NCBI GenBank assembly: GCA_024277855.1
Contig: JAJRUJ010000113.1
Span: 8,889 to 72,888 of the forward strand
Direction: 5' to 3'
Length of the DNA stretch: 64,000 nt
DNA from: Candidatus Zixiibacteriota bacterium
GTDB taxonomy: Bacteria > Zixibacteria > MSB-5A5 > WJJR01 > JAJRUJ01
The position numbers and the translations under genes are program-made. The notes beneath the pieces are model-generated. The model had not been told where the DNA came from, made no database searches, and saw nothing but the letters and a program-made list of their open reading frames with translations. Position 1 is the stretch's first letter. Every line of letters begins with the position of its first letter. This document shows positions 27,507-37,712 of this stretch, in pieces.

Positions 27507-27756
27507 TTGTATCCCCTTTTGTTGAGCAGGAACATCCTCCGGCTACCGGCCCGGCATCCACCTCGAAGGTTACCTCGGTTGGGGACCGGACCAGACAACT
27601 TGTCGTGTATGGTATCGGGGTGTTTTGGTTGTGTCAATTAAAGAATGTAGATATTTGGGATTGGATTTCACCGACGAAAAAAGGAAAGGCGGCCCGGAAT
27701 CCGGGCCGCCTTTCTTAAGTCAGAACACGTCTGATATCCATTTGCCGCCGTATCGA

Positions 27757-29115
27757 TCAGGCGGGAATGGTCTTTTCGATGCAACGAATATTGAGTCGTT
27801 CCAACTCGGCGAGGGCGGGTTCGTAGATTTCCGGCTGGACGGGAATCTGCACACCGGTGAGCGAAACTTTCCCCTCAAGAATCATCCGTGTGGCAATTGC
27901 CGCCGGCAGCGAAACCGTGCGGGACATCGACGAATCACCGTCCGGGATACCATAATCGACCAGCGTCGAGGTCATCTTCTCCCGCTTGTCCGGGTAGACC
28001 GCATCGAATTCATGATGCAACACAATCATATCACGCTCGCCCGGTTTATAAGACATCAATGCCAGCATGCGGGCGGCAACAACATCCATAACCGTCTCGC
28101 CTGCCGGCAGCGGATCGTCAGAGAACATCCCCAGCCACTCCAAATTCGACAGGACAAAAGAGGAGTCTTCCAGGTCAAGGAAAGCCGCCGTGTGTTTTTT
28201 GATATCAGTCGCATCCGACCGGCCGATCAACTTTGCCGTCAATTGGGCAAAGGTCAGCCCGGCCAGATCGTCGCGCTTGGTATCTTCACCGACGCCAAGC
28301 TGGATCATCTTACGCAGGGTGGTGCACCAGCCCTTGTAACGCAGCGTGCCGCGAAACATGGTCTTCGTCGTCGGAATGCCGTAAATCTCGCGGTAGGGCA
28401 TCGAGTTGCGATTGGGATACCCCTCAAATTCATCCATCCCCTCAATGTGCACCGGCCAGAAATTATCGAATAGTTCTTCGCCGGGGATCTCCTTGAGTAC
28501 GCCGTCTTTGAGGAATTTCCCGGCATTGCCGCCGGCCATCAGCACGGCTTTCGGGCTCCAGGAGAATTTATAGCCGAAAGGATTGTCGTTGGCCTCCGGT
28601 GCGGGCAGGCCGCCGCAATAGGAGGAAAACCCGGCGATCTCGCCGCCGGCTTTCTGCACGGCGTGGATAATTTTCATCGCCGACATATGATCGATACCGG
28701 GATCAAGGCCGATCTCGTTGAGAAACAGGAGGCCTTTTTCTTTCGCCTCGGCGTCGAGCGCCATCATCGCCTCGGAGACATATGACGTGGTCACCAGGTG
28801 TTTGCGATGCTCCAGACAGAACTTGGCGACAGTGAGGTGGTGAATATACGGCAGCAAACTGATCGTCAGATCGTTTTCGGCCACTAATTCCGAGAGTTTC
28901 GCTTCGTCCTTGACATTCAGCGGGAGTGCTTTGCCGCGCTCGTGGTCACCGACAAGCGCCTCGGCTTTACTCACTGTCCGGGAGGCGACGGTAACCTGGA
29001 AATCATCAAGGTCCAGCAGATACTGGACTAACGGTCGGGAGACCAGCCCCGCACCCAAAACCAACACCTTCTTCACTACAACCTCCGAATTATTGACGCG
29101 GCACTTCCCGCGCAT
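27757..29115 (-). CDS. Saccharopine dehydrogenase (LYS9-like, glutamate-forming) family oxidoreductase
   Basis: Rossmann motif KKVLVLGAGLVSRPLVQYL and overall family resemblance. The start may be downstream of 29115. Confidence 0.7.
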   Translation of the reverse strand: MRGKCRVNNSEVVVKKVLVLGAGLVSRPLVQYLLDLDDFQVTVASRTVSKAEALVGDHERGKALPLNVKDEAKLSELVAENDLTISLLPYIHHLTVAKFCLEHRKHLVTTSYVSEAMMALDAEAKEKGLLFLNEIGLDPGIDHMSAMKIIHAVQKAGGEIAGFSSYCGGLPAPEANDNPFGYKFSWSPKAVLMAGGNAGKFLKDGVLKEIPGEELFDNFWPVHIEGMDEFEGYPNRNSMPYREIYGIPTTKTMFRGTLRYKGWCTTLRKMIQLGVGEDTKRDDLAGLTFAQLTAKLIGRSDATDIKKHTAAFLDLEDSSFVLSNLEWLGMFSDDPLPAGETVMDVVAARMLALMSYKPGERDMIVLHHEFDAVYPDKREKMTSTLVDYGIPDGDSSMSRTVSLPAAIATRMILEGKVSLTGVQIPVQPEIYEPALAELERLNIRCIEKTIPA

Positions 29116-29117
29116 CG

Positions 29118-30431
29118 TTAAATGAATTTGTTCATAAACTCATAATCGGGCGTGAACGCACCCCGATACAGGATCGTCGCCCGCTTGATCGCTTCGGGTA
29201 ATCCACAGGAGGAAAACTCGCCGGCAAAATCCGCCGCCGCGATTTGCGGCACAAAATCCCGGAGGACCGCGCTGAAATCCTGAGAAGCAAGCAAAGGCAG
29301 TTCGCTGGGCAGGATATCGACCGCCATAATCAACAACCCATCGCCTGCAAAACCATCGAGGGCCAAATCCACTTTCGGGTTATACACGAAGACCGGCTTA
29401 TCCGGCAGGGTGGCTTTCAGGGTCGCCTCGATCGAGCCCTCGGGGTCGCAACTGATATCACCAATGACTTTGAGTTTCGGCGATTTTTCCGGCAGATAAT
29501 TTTCCTTGAGATACGCCTTGGTGACCAGTCGCGGATACGGTGTATCCCAATAGATACAATTGACCAGCACACTCAACTGCGGGAGATAATCCTCGAAACG
29601 GGATCTATATTTCTCCGGGTGCTGATAATAATCCTGTAGTTCGAATTTATCCTCGGCCGATTTCGGCACGACCAGGTCTTCTTCCTTAAAGACGACTTTG
29701 TAGACATGGTGGGGGTCGTCGGGAACCTTGCCTTCGGCCAGATCGGCCGGGGTGATTTCCTTGATCGGCAACGGCGCGGCGATCTCCTGCGCCCCCAGCG
29801 AGACGTTACCATACCCGGCGAAGCCGATAACCAGCGGGGCGATCGACGGGTGTACTCCGTCAGCGGCGATTTTCCGGCCGATCTCCCCGACTGCCTCGGT
29901 GATCTCATCGACGGTTCGATAGGCATGGGCGGGACGCATTGTCTCGAAGACATTAGTCAGGCCTTCGGCTTTCAGGCGCTGCCCCAACGACCAGAGCGTG
30001 TCGGTCATCCCCGCCAGACCGGCATGCCTGCCGAAAAATATCAACCGGCGATTTTGGTCGTCGACCACCCGCTCGTAATCGATCAGTTGGCACTTCCCCA
30101 ACATGAGTGTGCGCAACATGTCCATGTTATATGGTTGTCCCTTGATCGTATGGGAAAAAAACATATAGGTCTTTCCCCGGATGATCAGATTAGCGGGTAC
30201 TTCCTTGACCGCAAAGATAACATCACAAGAGGAAAGGTCCTCATCGACGACGGCACCGACCCGACGGTAATCGTCATCGGGAAAGACCCGAATCTCGGAC
30301 GGTTGCACGACGATTTCCAGGTTATGCCGGGAAATGAGCGTGGCAACATCGTCGGGAATCAAGGGAACCCGCCGTTCCCAGACACTCTTATCCTCCCGCC
30401 TGATCCCGATTCTCGCCGTTTGTGTCGCCAT
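29118..30431 (-). CDS. Lysine-ketoglutarate reductase / saccharopine dehydrogenase (lysine-forming), AlaDH/PNT-domain family
   Basis: N-terminus MATQTARIGIRREDKSVWERRVPLIP is typical of LKR/LYS1-type enzymes. Start set at the internal ATG 30429-30431. Confidence 0.65.
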   Translation of the reverse strand: MATQTARIGIRREDKSVWERRVPLIPDDVATLISRHNLEIVVQPSEIRVFPDDDYRRVGAVVDEDLSSCDVIFAVKEVPANLIIRGKTYMFFSHTIKGQPYNMDMLRTLMLGKCQLIDYERVVDDQNRRLIFFGRHAGLAGMTDTLWSLGQRLKAEGLTNVFETMRPAHAYRTVDEITEAVGEIGRKIAADGVHPSIAPLVIGFAGYGNVSLGAQEIAAPLPIKEITPADLAEGKVPDDPHHVYKVVFKEEDLVVPKSAEDKFELQDYYQHPEKYRSRFEDYLPQLSVLVNCIYWDTPYPRLVTKAYLKENYLPEKSPKLKVIGDISCDPEGSIEATLKATLPDKPVFVYNPKVDLALDGFAGDGLLIMAVDILPSELPLLASQDFSAVLRDFVPQIAAADFAGEFSSCGLPEAIKRATILYRGAFTPDYEFMNKFI

Positions 30432-30845
30432 ACCATTCCCTTTCGACTGGCTGACCATCATCGATCTGCCATTCCCCGGCCAATGTAACGGATGACCTCG
30501 CCACCCCGCAAGTCCGGCGGCAGGGAATAGATAATTTCCTGACAACCTTGCCCGACAACCGGAATTGGCATCGGGCGCAGTTGCTTTGTGTACCGTAACA
30601 GTAACGACCGTATATTGTTATATTGGCTATTATGCGAAATGTACTCTCCCTTTAATTTCATTAATCAGGACTCATATCCTCCATGTTGCCGATACAGCAA
30701 GCCGCAAAGTGACATTTTTCGTCTGACCAGGCATCGAGCATCAGTATATTATCGCCGGAAGGGGAATCGGCCCTGCCGTACAACCGCTGAAGTCGTCGGG
30801 GATTAAGATATTTCCGACAACCGGGGCACAATATCAGGAGAGGCA

Positions 30846-32984
30846 GTGATGGGACAGATTTATCGAAAGGGAAGTGTACTGCAGACGAGTTTACTTGGGG
30901 CGTTTGGCCTCCTCCTTCTGCTCAGTTGCAATGCCCAGCCGGAGATTACTCCCCCGGTGGCCCCGCGTATCGAACATGCGGATACCCTGCATGGTGACGT
31001 GCGCCTCGATTATTATCACTGGCTGCGTGAACGAGACAATCCCGAGGTCATCGCCTATCTGAAAGCGGAAAATGAGTATACCGCGGCCATGATGAAGCAC
31101 ACCGAGCCATTGCAGAAAAAACTATTTGAAGAAATGGTGGCTCGGATCAAGGAAACCGATTCGAGTGTGCCGGTCAAAGAAGACGATTATTATTACTATA
31201 CACGTACTGAGGAAGGGAAACAATACGACATTGATGCCCGCAAAAAGGGATCGTTGGACGCACCCGAGGAAATCATTCTCGACGAAAACAAATTGGCCGA
31301 GGGCTATCCTTTTTTCTCCGTGGAGAATCTGCAGATAAGCCCGGATCACAATCTTGCCGCTTACGCGATCGATACCAGCGGCCGGGAGCAATATACGATC
31401 TATATTAAAGATCTCTCTACCGGTAAACTCCTGCCGGACGTCATCAAGGGAGTGTATTACGAGATTGCCTGGGCCAACGACAACAAGACATTCTTCTACA
31501 CGCGGCTTGACGAGGCCTTGCGACCGGACAGACTTTATCGCCATACTCTGGGAACTCCGCCGGAAGACGATCAACTGATCTATACCGAAGACGATGATCG
31601 ATATTGGATGGACATTGGGCGCACCAAGAGCAAGAAGTATATCCTGCTCGACCTGGAAAGTGAAACGACATCGGAATGGCGGTATCTCTCCGCCGACGAC
31701 CCTTTGGGGGAATTCAAAATCATCCATCCGCGTGAGGAGAATCTGGAGTATTCCATCGATCATCACGGCGATAATTTCCTGATTGTGACCAATGACGAGG
31801 CAAAGAATTTCAAATTGATGTCGGTCCCGACCAAATCTCCGGCAAAGAAAAATTGGCGGGAGGTCCTCCCCCACCGCAAAAATGTCAAACTCGACGGCAT
31901 TGAAGTATTCAAAGACTTCCTGGTCGCCTATGAGCGTGAACACGGTCTGCGGCAGATCAGCATTCAAAAACTGCCGGATGGAGACTGGCGCCGCGTATCC
32001 TTCCCTGAGGAAGTCTATACTTTCGGCACCCAGGATAACCCGGATTACAACTCTAAATTGCTGCGGTTTGCCTACACCTCGATGGTTACCCCCAAATCAA
32101 TCTATGATTATAACATGGCGACGCAGGAGCGGGAACTGCTCAAACAGGATGAAGTGCTGGGCGGGTACGATCCCGACCAATATGAATCGATACGGATTTA
32201 TGCCACGGCCACGGATGGGACACAAATCCCAATGTCGCTGGTTTATCGCAAGGGCCTGGTACTCGACGGGAACAACCCGGTGTATTTGCGCGGTTACGGG
32301 GCTTATGGTATCAGTAGCGAACCCCGCTTCCGAAGCTATGCGATCAGTCTGCTCGACCGCGGATTTGTTTACGCTATCGCGCATGTCCGGGGGGGTGGTG
32401 AGATGGGCCGGTATTGGTATGAGGACGGCAGATTGCTCAAGAAAAAAAATACGTTCACCGATTTTATTGCCTGTGCCGAACGCCTGATCGAGCAAAAGTA
32501 TACCTCGACCGAACGACTGACCGCGGCAGGCGGCAGCGCGGGCGGGCTGCTGATAGGCGCAGTGCTGAATATGCGGCCGGATCTCTTTGGCGCGATGGTC
32601 GCCGACGTGCCGTTCGTCGATTTGATCAACACGATGGCCGATCCGACAATCCCCCTGACAGTCATCGAATATGACGAGTGGGGCAATCCGGCAGACCCTG
32701 AGTATTATCGCTATATGCTTTCCTATTCTCCTTATGACGGGGTCGAAGCAAAAGACTACCCCGCCTTGCTGGTCACTGCCGGTTTGAACGACCCTCGTGT
32801 GCAATATTGGGAACCGGCCAAATGGACTGCAAAGTTGCGCTCGCTGAAAACCGACGACAATTTGCTGATCCTGAAAACCAATATGGGCGCCGGACATATG
32901 GGTGCATCGGGACGATACGACTATCTCAAGGAGATCGCCTTTGAGTATGCGTTCCTGCTCGATCAGCTGGGAATCGCACGATAG
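30846..32984 (+). CDS. ptrB: Oligopeptidase B / prolyl oligopeptidase family S9A peptidase, lipoprotein
   Basis: Lipobox LLLSC|NA, an N-terminal beta-propeller, and a C-terminal alpha/beta hydrolase with GGSAGG around the catalytic Ser. Confidence 0.8.
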   Translation: MMGQIYRKGSVLQTSLLGAFGLLLLLSCNAQPEITPPVAPRIEHADTLHGDVRLDYYHWLRERDNPEVIAYLKAENEYTAAMMKHTEPLQKKLFEEMVARIKETDSSVPVKEDDYYYYTRTEEGKQYDIDARKKGSLDAPEEIILDENKLAEGYPFFSVENLQISPDHNLAAYAIDTSGREQYTIYIKDLSTGKLLPDVIKGVYYEIAWANDNKTFFYTRLDEALRPDRLYRHTLGTPPEDDQLIYTEDDDRYWMDIGRTKSKKYILLDLESETTSEWRYLSADDPLGEFKIIHPREENLEYSIDHHGDNFLIVTNDEAKNFKLMSVPTKSPAKKNWREVLPHRKNVKLDGIEVFKDFLVAYEREHGLRQISIQKLPDGDWRRVSFPEEVYTFGTQDNPDYNSKLLRFAYTSMVTPKSIYDYNMATQERELLKQDEVLGGYDPDQYESIRIYATATDGTQIPMSLVYRKGLVLDGNNPVYLRGYGAYGISSEPRFRSYAISLLDRGFVYAIAHVRGGGEMGRYWYEDGRLLKKKNTFTDFIACAERLIEQKYTSTERLTAAGGSAGGLLIGAVLNMRPDLFGAMVADVPFVDLINTMADPTIPLTVIEYDEWGNPADPEYYRYMLSYSPYDGVEAKDYPALLVTAGLNDPRVQYWEPAKWTAKLRSLKTDDNLLILKTNMGAGHMGASGRYDYLKEIAFEYAFLLDQLGIAR

Positions 32985-33196
32985 TCCGGTGAGATCCGGC
33001 CTGCCCGGAAAAGCGGCGGCGCCCCGCAACAACCGACAATAAAAGCGATCCGTTGTCCGGCCGAAACTATCGGGAGTCGGATCTAATCAGGCAATTGGAT
33101 CTTGCGTGTCTCGATTGTGCACTTGACAGGAATTGCGCTACGTACGATCTTTCGGAGTGCCGAAAAAAGTTCGGCAATTTGACAGTGGGGCTTCAC

Positions 33197-33652
33197 GTGA
33201 GACGCAAGGTGGAACTCAGCGCCAGTCTGGAAGATTACCTCGAGGCCATCTACCACATAGTCTCGGCAAAGCGAGCGGCCCGGGCGAAGGATATTGCGCA
33301 GAGACTCGGAGTAAGCAGTTCATCGGTCACCGGTGCGCTGCGGGCATTGTCGGCCCGGGGGCTGATTAACTACGCGCCATATGACGTTGTCACACTTACG
33401 TATATGGGGACGAAGGTTGCGGGCGACGTCGTCCGTCGTCATCAGGCATTGAGTGCATTTTTCATCAAGGTCCTTGGCATCGATCCGAAATCGGCCGAGG
33501 AATCTGCCTGCAAGATGGAACATGAATTGTCACGGGAAATCCTCGACCGGCTCGTCGATTTCGTTGAATTCGTTGACCATAACCCGCAGGCCGACACTCG
33601 CTTGCTGAAAAAATTCGCCTCACAAAAACCGCTTCGACCAAACGACTCCTGA
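33197..33652 (+). CDS. DtxR/MntR-family metal-dependent transcriptional repressor
   Basis: LEDYLEAIYHI...AKDIAQRLGVSSSSVTGALRALSARGLI HTH region and a dimerisation/metal-binding domain. GTG 33197 preferred over ATG 33053 because of the conserved N-terminal position of the EDYLE motif. Confidence 0.7.
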   Translation: MRRKVELSASLEDYLEAIYHIVSAKRAARAKDIAQRLGVSSSSVTGALRALSARGLINYAPYDVVTLTYMGTKVAGDVVRRHQALSAFFIKVLGIDPKSAEESACKMEHELSREILDRLVDFVEFVDHNPQADTRLLKKFASQKPLRPNDS

Positions 33653-34158
33653 GCATCGTTGATCATTACCCTCCAATGCCGATAGATCTTCGGTCAGGGT
33701 AGCTGGAGATACATCTCGGTGGATCCGCCCGAATTACCACTTCCCCCGCCGGGGGAGTGTTAAGTAATTGCACGCTCAGCCGATAACTTTACCAATTGTG
33801 GTTTAACACCTTTGTGCCGGATGCGGCCGAAAATCGAACGCGTCGGAAATATTTTTTGACGGCAAGGTAAACCCGATGCTGAAATGGTCGATTGAAAACC
33901 CCCAGCGAGAAAATGAGCCACCCATGGAAGAGGGAGATGACAAACACCGTCTGGTAGAATCCCTATTCAACTCCTCCAACTGCAAATGTAAAGTTGCTTC
34001 GATAAATCCGACCACTGGTGAATACCGAATCATTATCCAGGGGACTCTTGATCCAACAGAATTGGCTGAATCGAAAACATAAAACTAAACGGCCCATTCG
34101 GACGAGATAAACAACCGTCCGAACCGCCGCATTTTCAGTAACAATGGGGAGGTTTCTC

Positions 34159-35178
34159 ATGCGGATGATTACCCGCAAAACCAACACCCGCAAGACCACC
34201 AACAAGCGGGCAAGCAACAACAAATCGACCACCCGGAAGACAGTCCGGAAGCCGGCCACCACAAAAACTACGGCACGGAAAACCATCAAGAAGGCCGTGA
34301 CACGCAAGGCCACAGTTCGCAAGGTCACCAGAAAATCGACGACCCGTAAAGCCACAGCGCGCAAGACCACCCGTAAACCGGTCACGCGCAAAGCCACGAC
34401 GCGCAAGACCACTCGCAAACCGGTCACGCGTAAAACCACGACGCGCAAGACCACCCGCAAACCGGTCACGCGCAAAGCCACAATGCGCAAGACCACTCGC
34501 AAATCGGTCACGCGTAAAACCACGACGCGCAAGACCACCCGCAAACCGGCCACGCGCAAAGCCACGACGCGCAAGACAGTCCGGAAGCCGGTCACCAGAA
34601 AAACTACGGCACGGAAAAGTACCCGCAAAGCCGTGACGCGCAAAACTACGGTCCGCAAGACCACCAGAAAAGCCGCCGCCAACAAGAACAACAACAAGCG
34701 CAATTACACCAGAAAGCCGGCGACCCGTAAAGCCGTGACGCGTAAAACCACGGCCCGCAAGACCAATACCAGAAAGACCGTCGGCTGGAAAACCGCGAGC
34801 CGGAAGACCACAAAAAAGAACATCAACCGGAAGACGACAACGGCCAAAAAGCCGTCGATACGCAAAGCCACGGCTCGCAAGGTCACCCGGAAAGTCGCCC
34901 CAAAGAAAAACAACATGAAAAAGAACTACACTAAAAAGTCGGCGACGCGCAAAACAACGACGCGCAAAACCATGGCTCGCAAGATTGCTCGCAAGCCAGC
35001 CACCAGGAAAACTATGGCGCGGAAAACCGTCCGGAAGGCCATAACGCGCAAAGCCACCTCACGGAAGCCGGCAAAACGGATGACTGCCACCCGGCAGAAC
35101 AAGCGCTCGAACCAGACTCGGAAGAGCCATAATACTCGGAACAAAAACTACCGGCGCGCGACGACACGTCGCTGGTAG
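34159..35178 (+). CDS. Highly basic Thr/Arg/Lys tandem-repeat protein (histone H1-like / nucleoid-associated candidate)
   Basis: Made almost entirely of (T/A)TRK(P/A)VTRK-type repeats. GGGGAGG SD lies 6 nt before ATG 34159; an alternative ATG is at 34144. Confidence 0.6.
   Translation: MRMITRKTNTRKTTNKRASNNKSTTRKTVRKPATTKTTARKTIKKAVTRKATVRKVTRKSTTRKATARKTTRKPVTRKATTRKTTRKPVTRKTTTRKTTRKPVTRKATMRKTTRKSVTRKTTTRKTTRKPATRKATTRKTVRKPVTRKTTARKSTRKAVTRKTTVRKTTRKAAANKNNNKRNYTRKPATRKAVTRKTTARKTNTRKTVGWKTASRKTTKKNINRKTTTAKKPSIRKATARKVTRKVAPKKNNMKKNYTKKSATRKTTTRKTMARKIARKPATRKTMARKTVRKAITRKATSRKPAKRMTATRQNKRSNQTRKSHNTRNKNYRRATTRRW
34360..34569 (+). repeat. Five near-perfect in-frame 42-bp tandem repeats (cgcaagaccacyckyaaaccggtcacgcgyaaarccacgacg)
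   Basis: Period of 42 bp verified at 34360, 34402, 34444, 34486 and 34528. Degenerate copies extend across the whole gene. Confidence 0.85.
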
Positions 35179-35338
35179 ACGAGTATTGTCTGACTATTTG
35201 TCGAATCGACGGGCGTCAACGTATTTGACGCCCGTCTTTTTCTCCGGGAAATCCAATCCTCGTTGAAATCACCCGAGAGATTACGCCGGATGTACTTGTT
35301 TCATTGACGGCGCCTCCAAGTTGCCGTTTAATCACTAT

Positions 35339-36250
35339 ATGTCGCGCAAATATTTTGATCAACTGGCTGATTTAATTACCGAGGCCGCAAATAGCCGAAG
35401 CGCTCGACTCGATCGGATGGACACCGTCGAAATCCTTTCTCTGATCAACGAGGAAGACAGTATCGTTCCGAAAATTATTGCCGCACAAATACCGAATATC
35501 GCACGGGCTGTCGAATTATTCGTCGGAGTACTGCGCGCGGCAGGCCGCGTGTTCTACCTGGGAGCGGGGACATCTGGCCGGCTGGGGGTGCTTGATGCCG
35601 CCGAATGTCCACCAACTTTCGGCACAGACCCCCGGCAAATCATCGGCATCATCTCCGGCGGGCGGTCGACACTGGTCCGCTCTCGCGAGGGAGTGGAAGA
35701 CAAACCCGGCGCGGCGAAGCGGGATCTTAAGCGACATGGATTTTCAGCCGACGATCTATTGGTGGCAATCGCCGCCTCAGGCAAGACACCATATACACTG
35801 GCCGGCCTGGCCTATGCGCGCGAAACCGGTGCGCAGACGATTTTTATTTGTGCCAATCCGCCGGACAAGTTGACCGTTCCCGCCGACGTGGTCATTCCGG
35901 TTGTCCTCGGTCCGGAAGTTATCGCCGGTTCGACAAGGATGAAAGCCGGGACGGCACAGAAATTGATCCTGAACATGATTTCCACCGCCGCGATGGTCCG
36001 CCTCGGTAAAACATACGGCAATCTCATGGTCGACCTGAAAGCTACGTCAGCCAAGTTGGTGGCACGCTCCCAACGGATTTTGATGTCGGTATTGGAGATT
36101 GATTATGACCACGCGGGCGAATTGCTTAAAAGTGCCGGAGGGGAAGTGAAAACCGCGCTGGTGATGGGGAAATTGGGATGTACCGCCGCGGAGTCCCGGC
36201 AGAAATTAGTTAAAGCCGACGGATTCGTTTATCGTGTCATTGGCGAGTAA
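35339..36250 (+). CDS. murQ: N-acetylmuramic acid 6-phosphate etherase
   Basis: SIS domain with the conserved GAGTSGRLG...DAAECPPTFG signature. Confidence 0.85.
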   Translation: MSRKYFDQLADLITEAANSRSARLDRMDTVEILSLINEEDSIVPKIIAAQIPNIARAVELFVGVLRAAGRVFYLGAGTSGRLGVLDAAECPPTFGTDPRQIIGIISGGRSTLVRSREGVEDKPGAAKRDLKRHGFSADDLLVAIAASGKTPYTLAGLAYARETGAQTIFICANPPDKLTVPADVVIPVVLGPEVIAGSTRMKAGTAQKLILNMISTAAMVRLGKTYGNLMVDLKATSAKLVARSQRILMSVLEIDYDHAGELLKSAGGEVKTALVMGKLGCTAAESRQKLVKADGFVYRVIGE

Positions 36251-36258
36251 CCGGTCGA

Positions 36259-37047
36259 TCACTGAGCCATGTTGTTCTCATATATTTTTGCCACGCCGTC
36301 CAGAGTGAGTGTATCGTCCACATCCTGGATAATTTCCGTTTCTGCCGCAATTGTCCGAGCCAGCCCGCCGGTCGCAATGACCCGGGGATTCCCGCCCAGT
36401 TGGTCTTTGATCCGCCGGACAATCCCCTCAACCTGACCGATTGCACCGTACAGAAGACCGGATTTCAGCGCATCCTCGGTATTCCGCCCGATCGCCTGTC
36501 GGGGCGCTTCAAGTTTGATTTTGAACAACTTCGCCGCACGTTCGGATAGCCGGGCCGAAGATGTCTCGATTCCCGGCGCAATGACTCCGCCCAAATACTC
36601 CCCGGAGCCGGAAATGACGTCAAACGTGGTTGCCGTACCGAAATCGACGATGATTCCCGGCCCGGTATATTTGTGGACATACCCTTCCGCGTTGGCAATT
36701 CTGTCGGCCCCGACCTGATGCGGATAATCGACAACGAGACGGGTTTTCAGTTTCACCTCATGGGTAACCACCAGCGCTGTCTGTCCACAATATCGTTGGG
36801 CCATTTCCTGGTAAACGGCGGTAAGATACGGTACGACCGAACAGATCGCCACGCCGTTGACTTCCTCGGTCGATCTTAGCTGATGTCGGCGCAGACTGGT
36901 TATCAGCACACCGGCTTCATCGGAGGTCAACGTATGTTTGGAGGCCAGGCGAAAATAATCAAGCAATTCGCCGTGTTGATAGAATCCGACGACGGTCGTT
37001 GTGTTGCCAATATCAATAGCCAACAGATATGAGGTATTCTTGATCAT
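36259..37047 (-). CDS. coaX: Type III pantothenate kinase
   Basis: N-terminal LLAIDIGNTTTVVG and ...DFGTATTFD motifs. Start at the internal ATG 37045-37047. Confidence 0.85.
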   Translation of the reverse strand: MIKNTSYLLAIDIGNTTTVVGFYQHGELLDYFRLASKHTLTSDEAGVLITSLRRHQLRSTEEVNGVAICSVVPYLTAVYQEMAQRYCGQTALVVTHEVKLKTRLVVDYPHQVGADRIANAEGYVHKYTGPGIIVDFGTATTFDVISGSGEYLGGVIAPGIETSSARLSERAAKLFKIKLEAPRQAIGRNTEDALKSGLLYGAIGQVEGIVRRIKDQLGGNPRVIATGGLARTIAAETEIIQDVDDTLTLDGVAKIYENNMAQ

Positions 37048-37169
37048 GGCCACAATGTAATACCTCACGGCATGAGGTCAAGTCATCACGAGACCACGGC
37101 CTCAACAGCGGAACAAATTCGGCGAAAATTTTGTTATAGGAAACCGGGCGCCTTGCCGATAGCCCCAAT

Positions 37170-37646
37170 ATGAAGGCGAATACGGAGTTTGGCAGTGCGG
37201 GACTGCTCAACTGCTGGGAATTCACCGGCTGTGGTCGCGAACCCGGCGGTGATCGCGCCGACGATCTCGGTGTTTGTCCGGCGGCCGCCGACCGACGTTT
37301 CGACGGCATCAACGGCGGGAAAAACGGCGGTCGAACGTGTTGGGTCGTCGCCGGCACAGCCGGCCGGGTCGATCCCGAGGGGATTTTCGCCAGTGCGGAA
37401 ACCCCGTGTTCCCGCTGCCGATTCTACCATCTCGTACAATCCACTACCCCGGGTGTCCCCGACCAGGAACTTCTCGAACGTCTGACGATGCGGATGACGG
37501 CACTGCCAATCGTGGCCAAACCAATCCGCAGGCCGGTTATCCTACACCGTTCACCGGAGTACAAACGTGACGCACAGCCGGCGAAAACGCCTGCCGTCAC
37601 CAGAGAAGTCGCGCACAGTCTCGTCGAAGATATTTTGGAAAAATAA
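37170..37646 (+). CDS. Hypothetical protein with two C-W cysteine motifs (NCWEFTGCG..., ...TCWVVAGTAG...CSRC)
   Basis: Read from the translation. No confident family assignment. Confidence 0.4.
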   Translation: MKANTEFGSAGLLNCWEFTGCGREPGGDRADDLGVCPAAADRRFDGINGGKNGGRTCWVVAGTAGRVDPEGIFASAETPCSRCRFYHLVQSTTPGVPDQELLERLTMRMTALPIVAKPIRRPVILHRSPEYKRDAQPAKTPAVTREVAHSLVEDILEK

Positions 37647-37712
37647 CTTCGCGCCTTTTTAGCGCAAATAAATCCGAGTGCCGATTGGCGAATATTTCGC
37701 TGTCCGGCAGAG

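Noticed and set aside
34360-34569. Possible CRISPR array (regular 42-bp repeats)
   Set aside because: The repeats are contiguous with no spacers, in frame, and encode the TRK peptide repeat. No cas genes are present.
33963-34703. 246-aa minus-strand ORF rich in VLRV/ALRV repeats
   Set aside because: It is the exact antisense of the TRK-repeat gene. The plus-strand gene has an SD and start context; the minus-strand ORF is an artefact of repeat symmetry.
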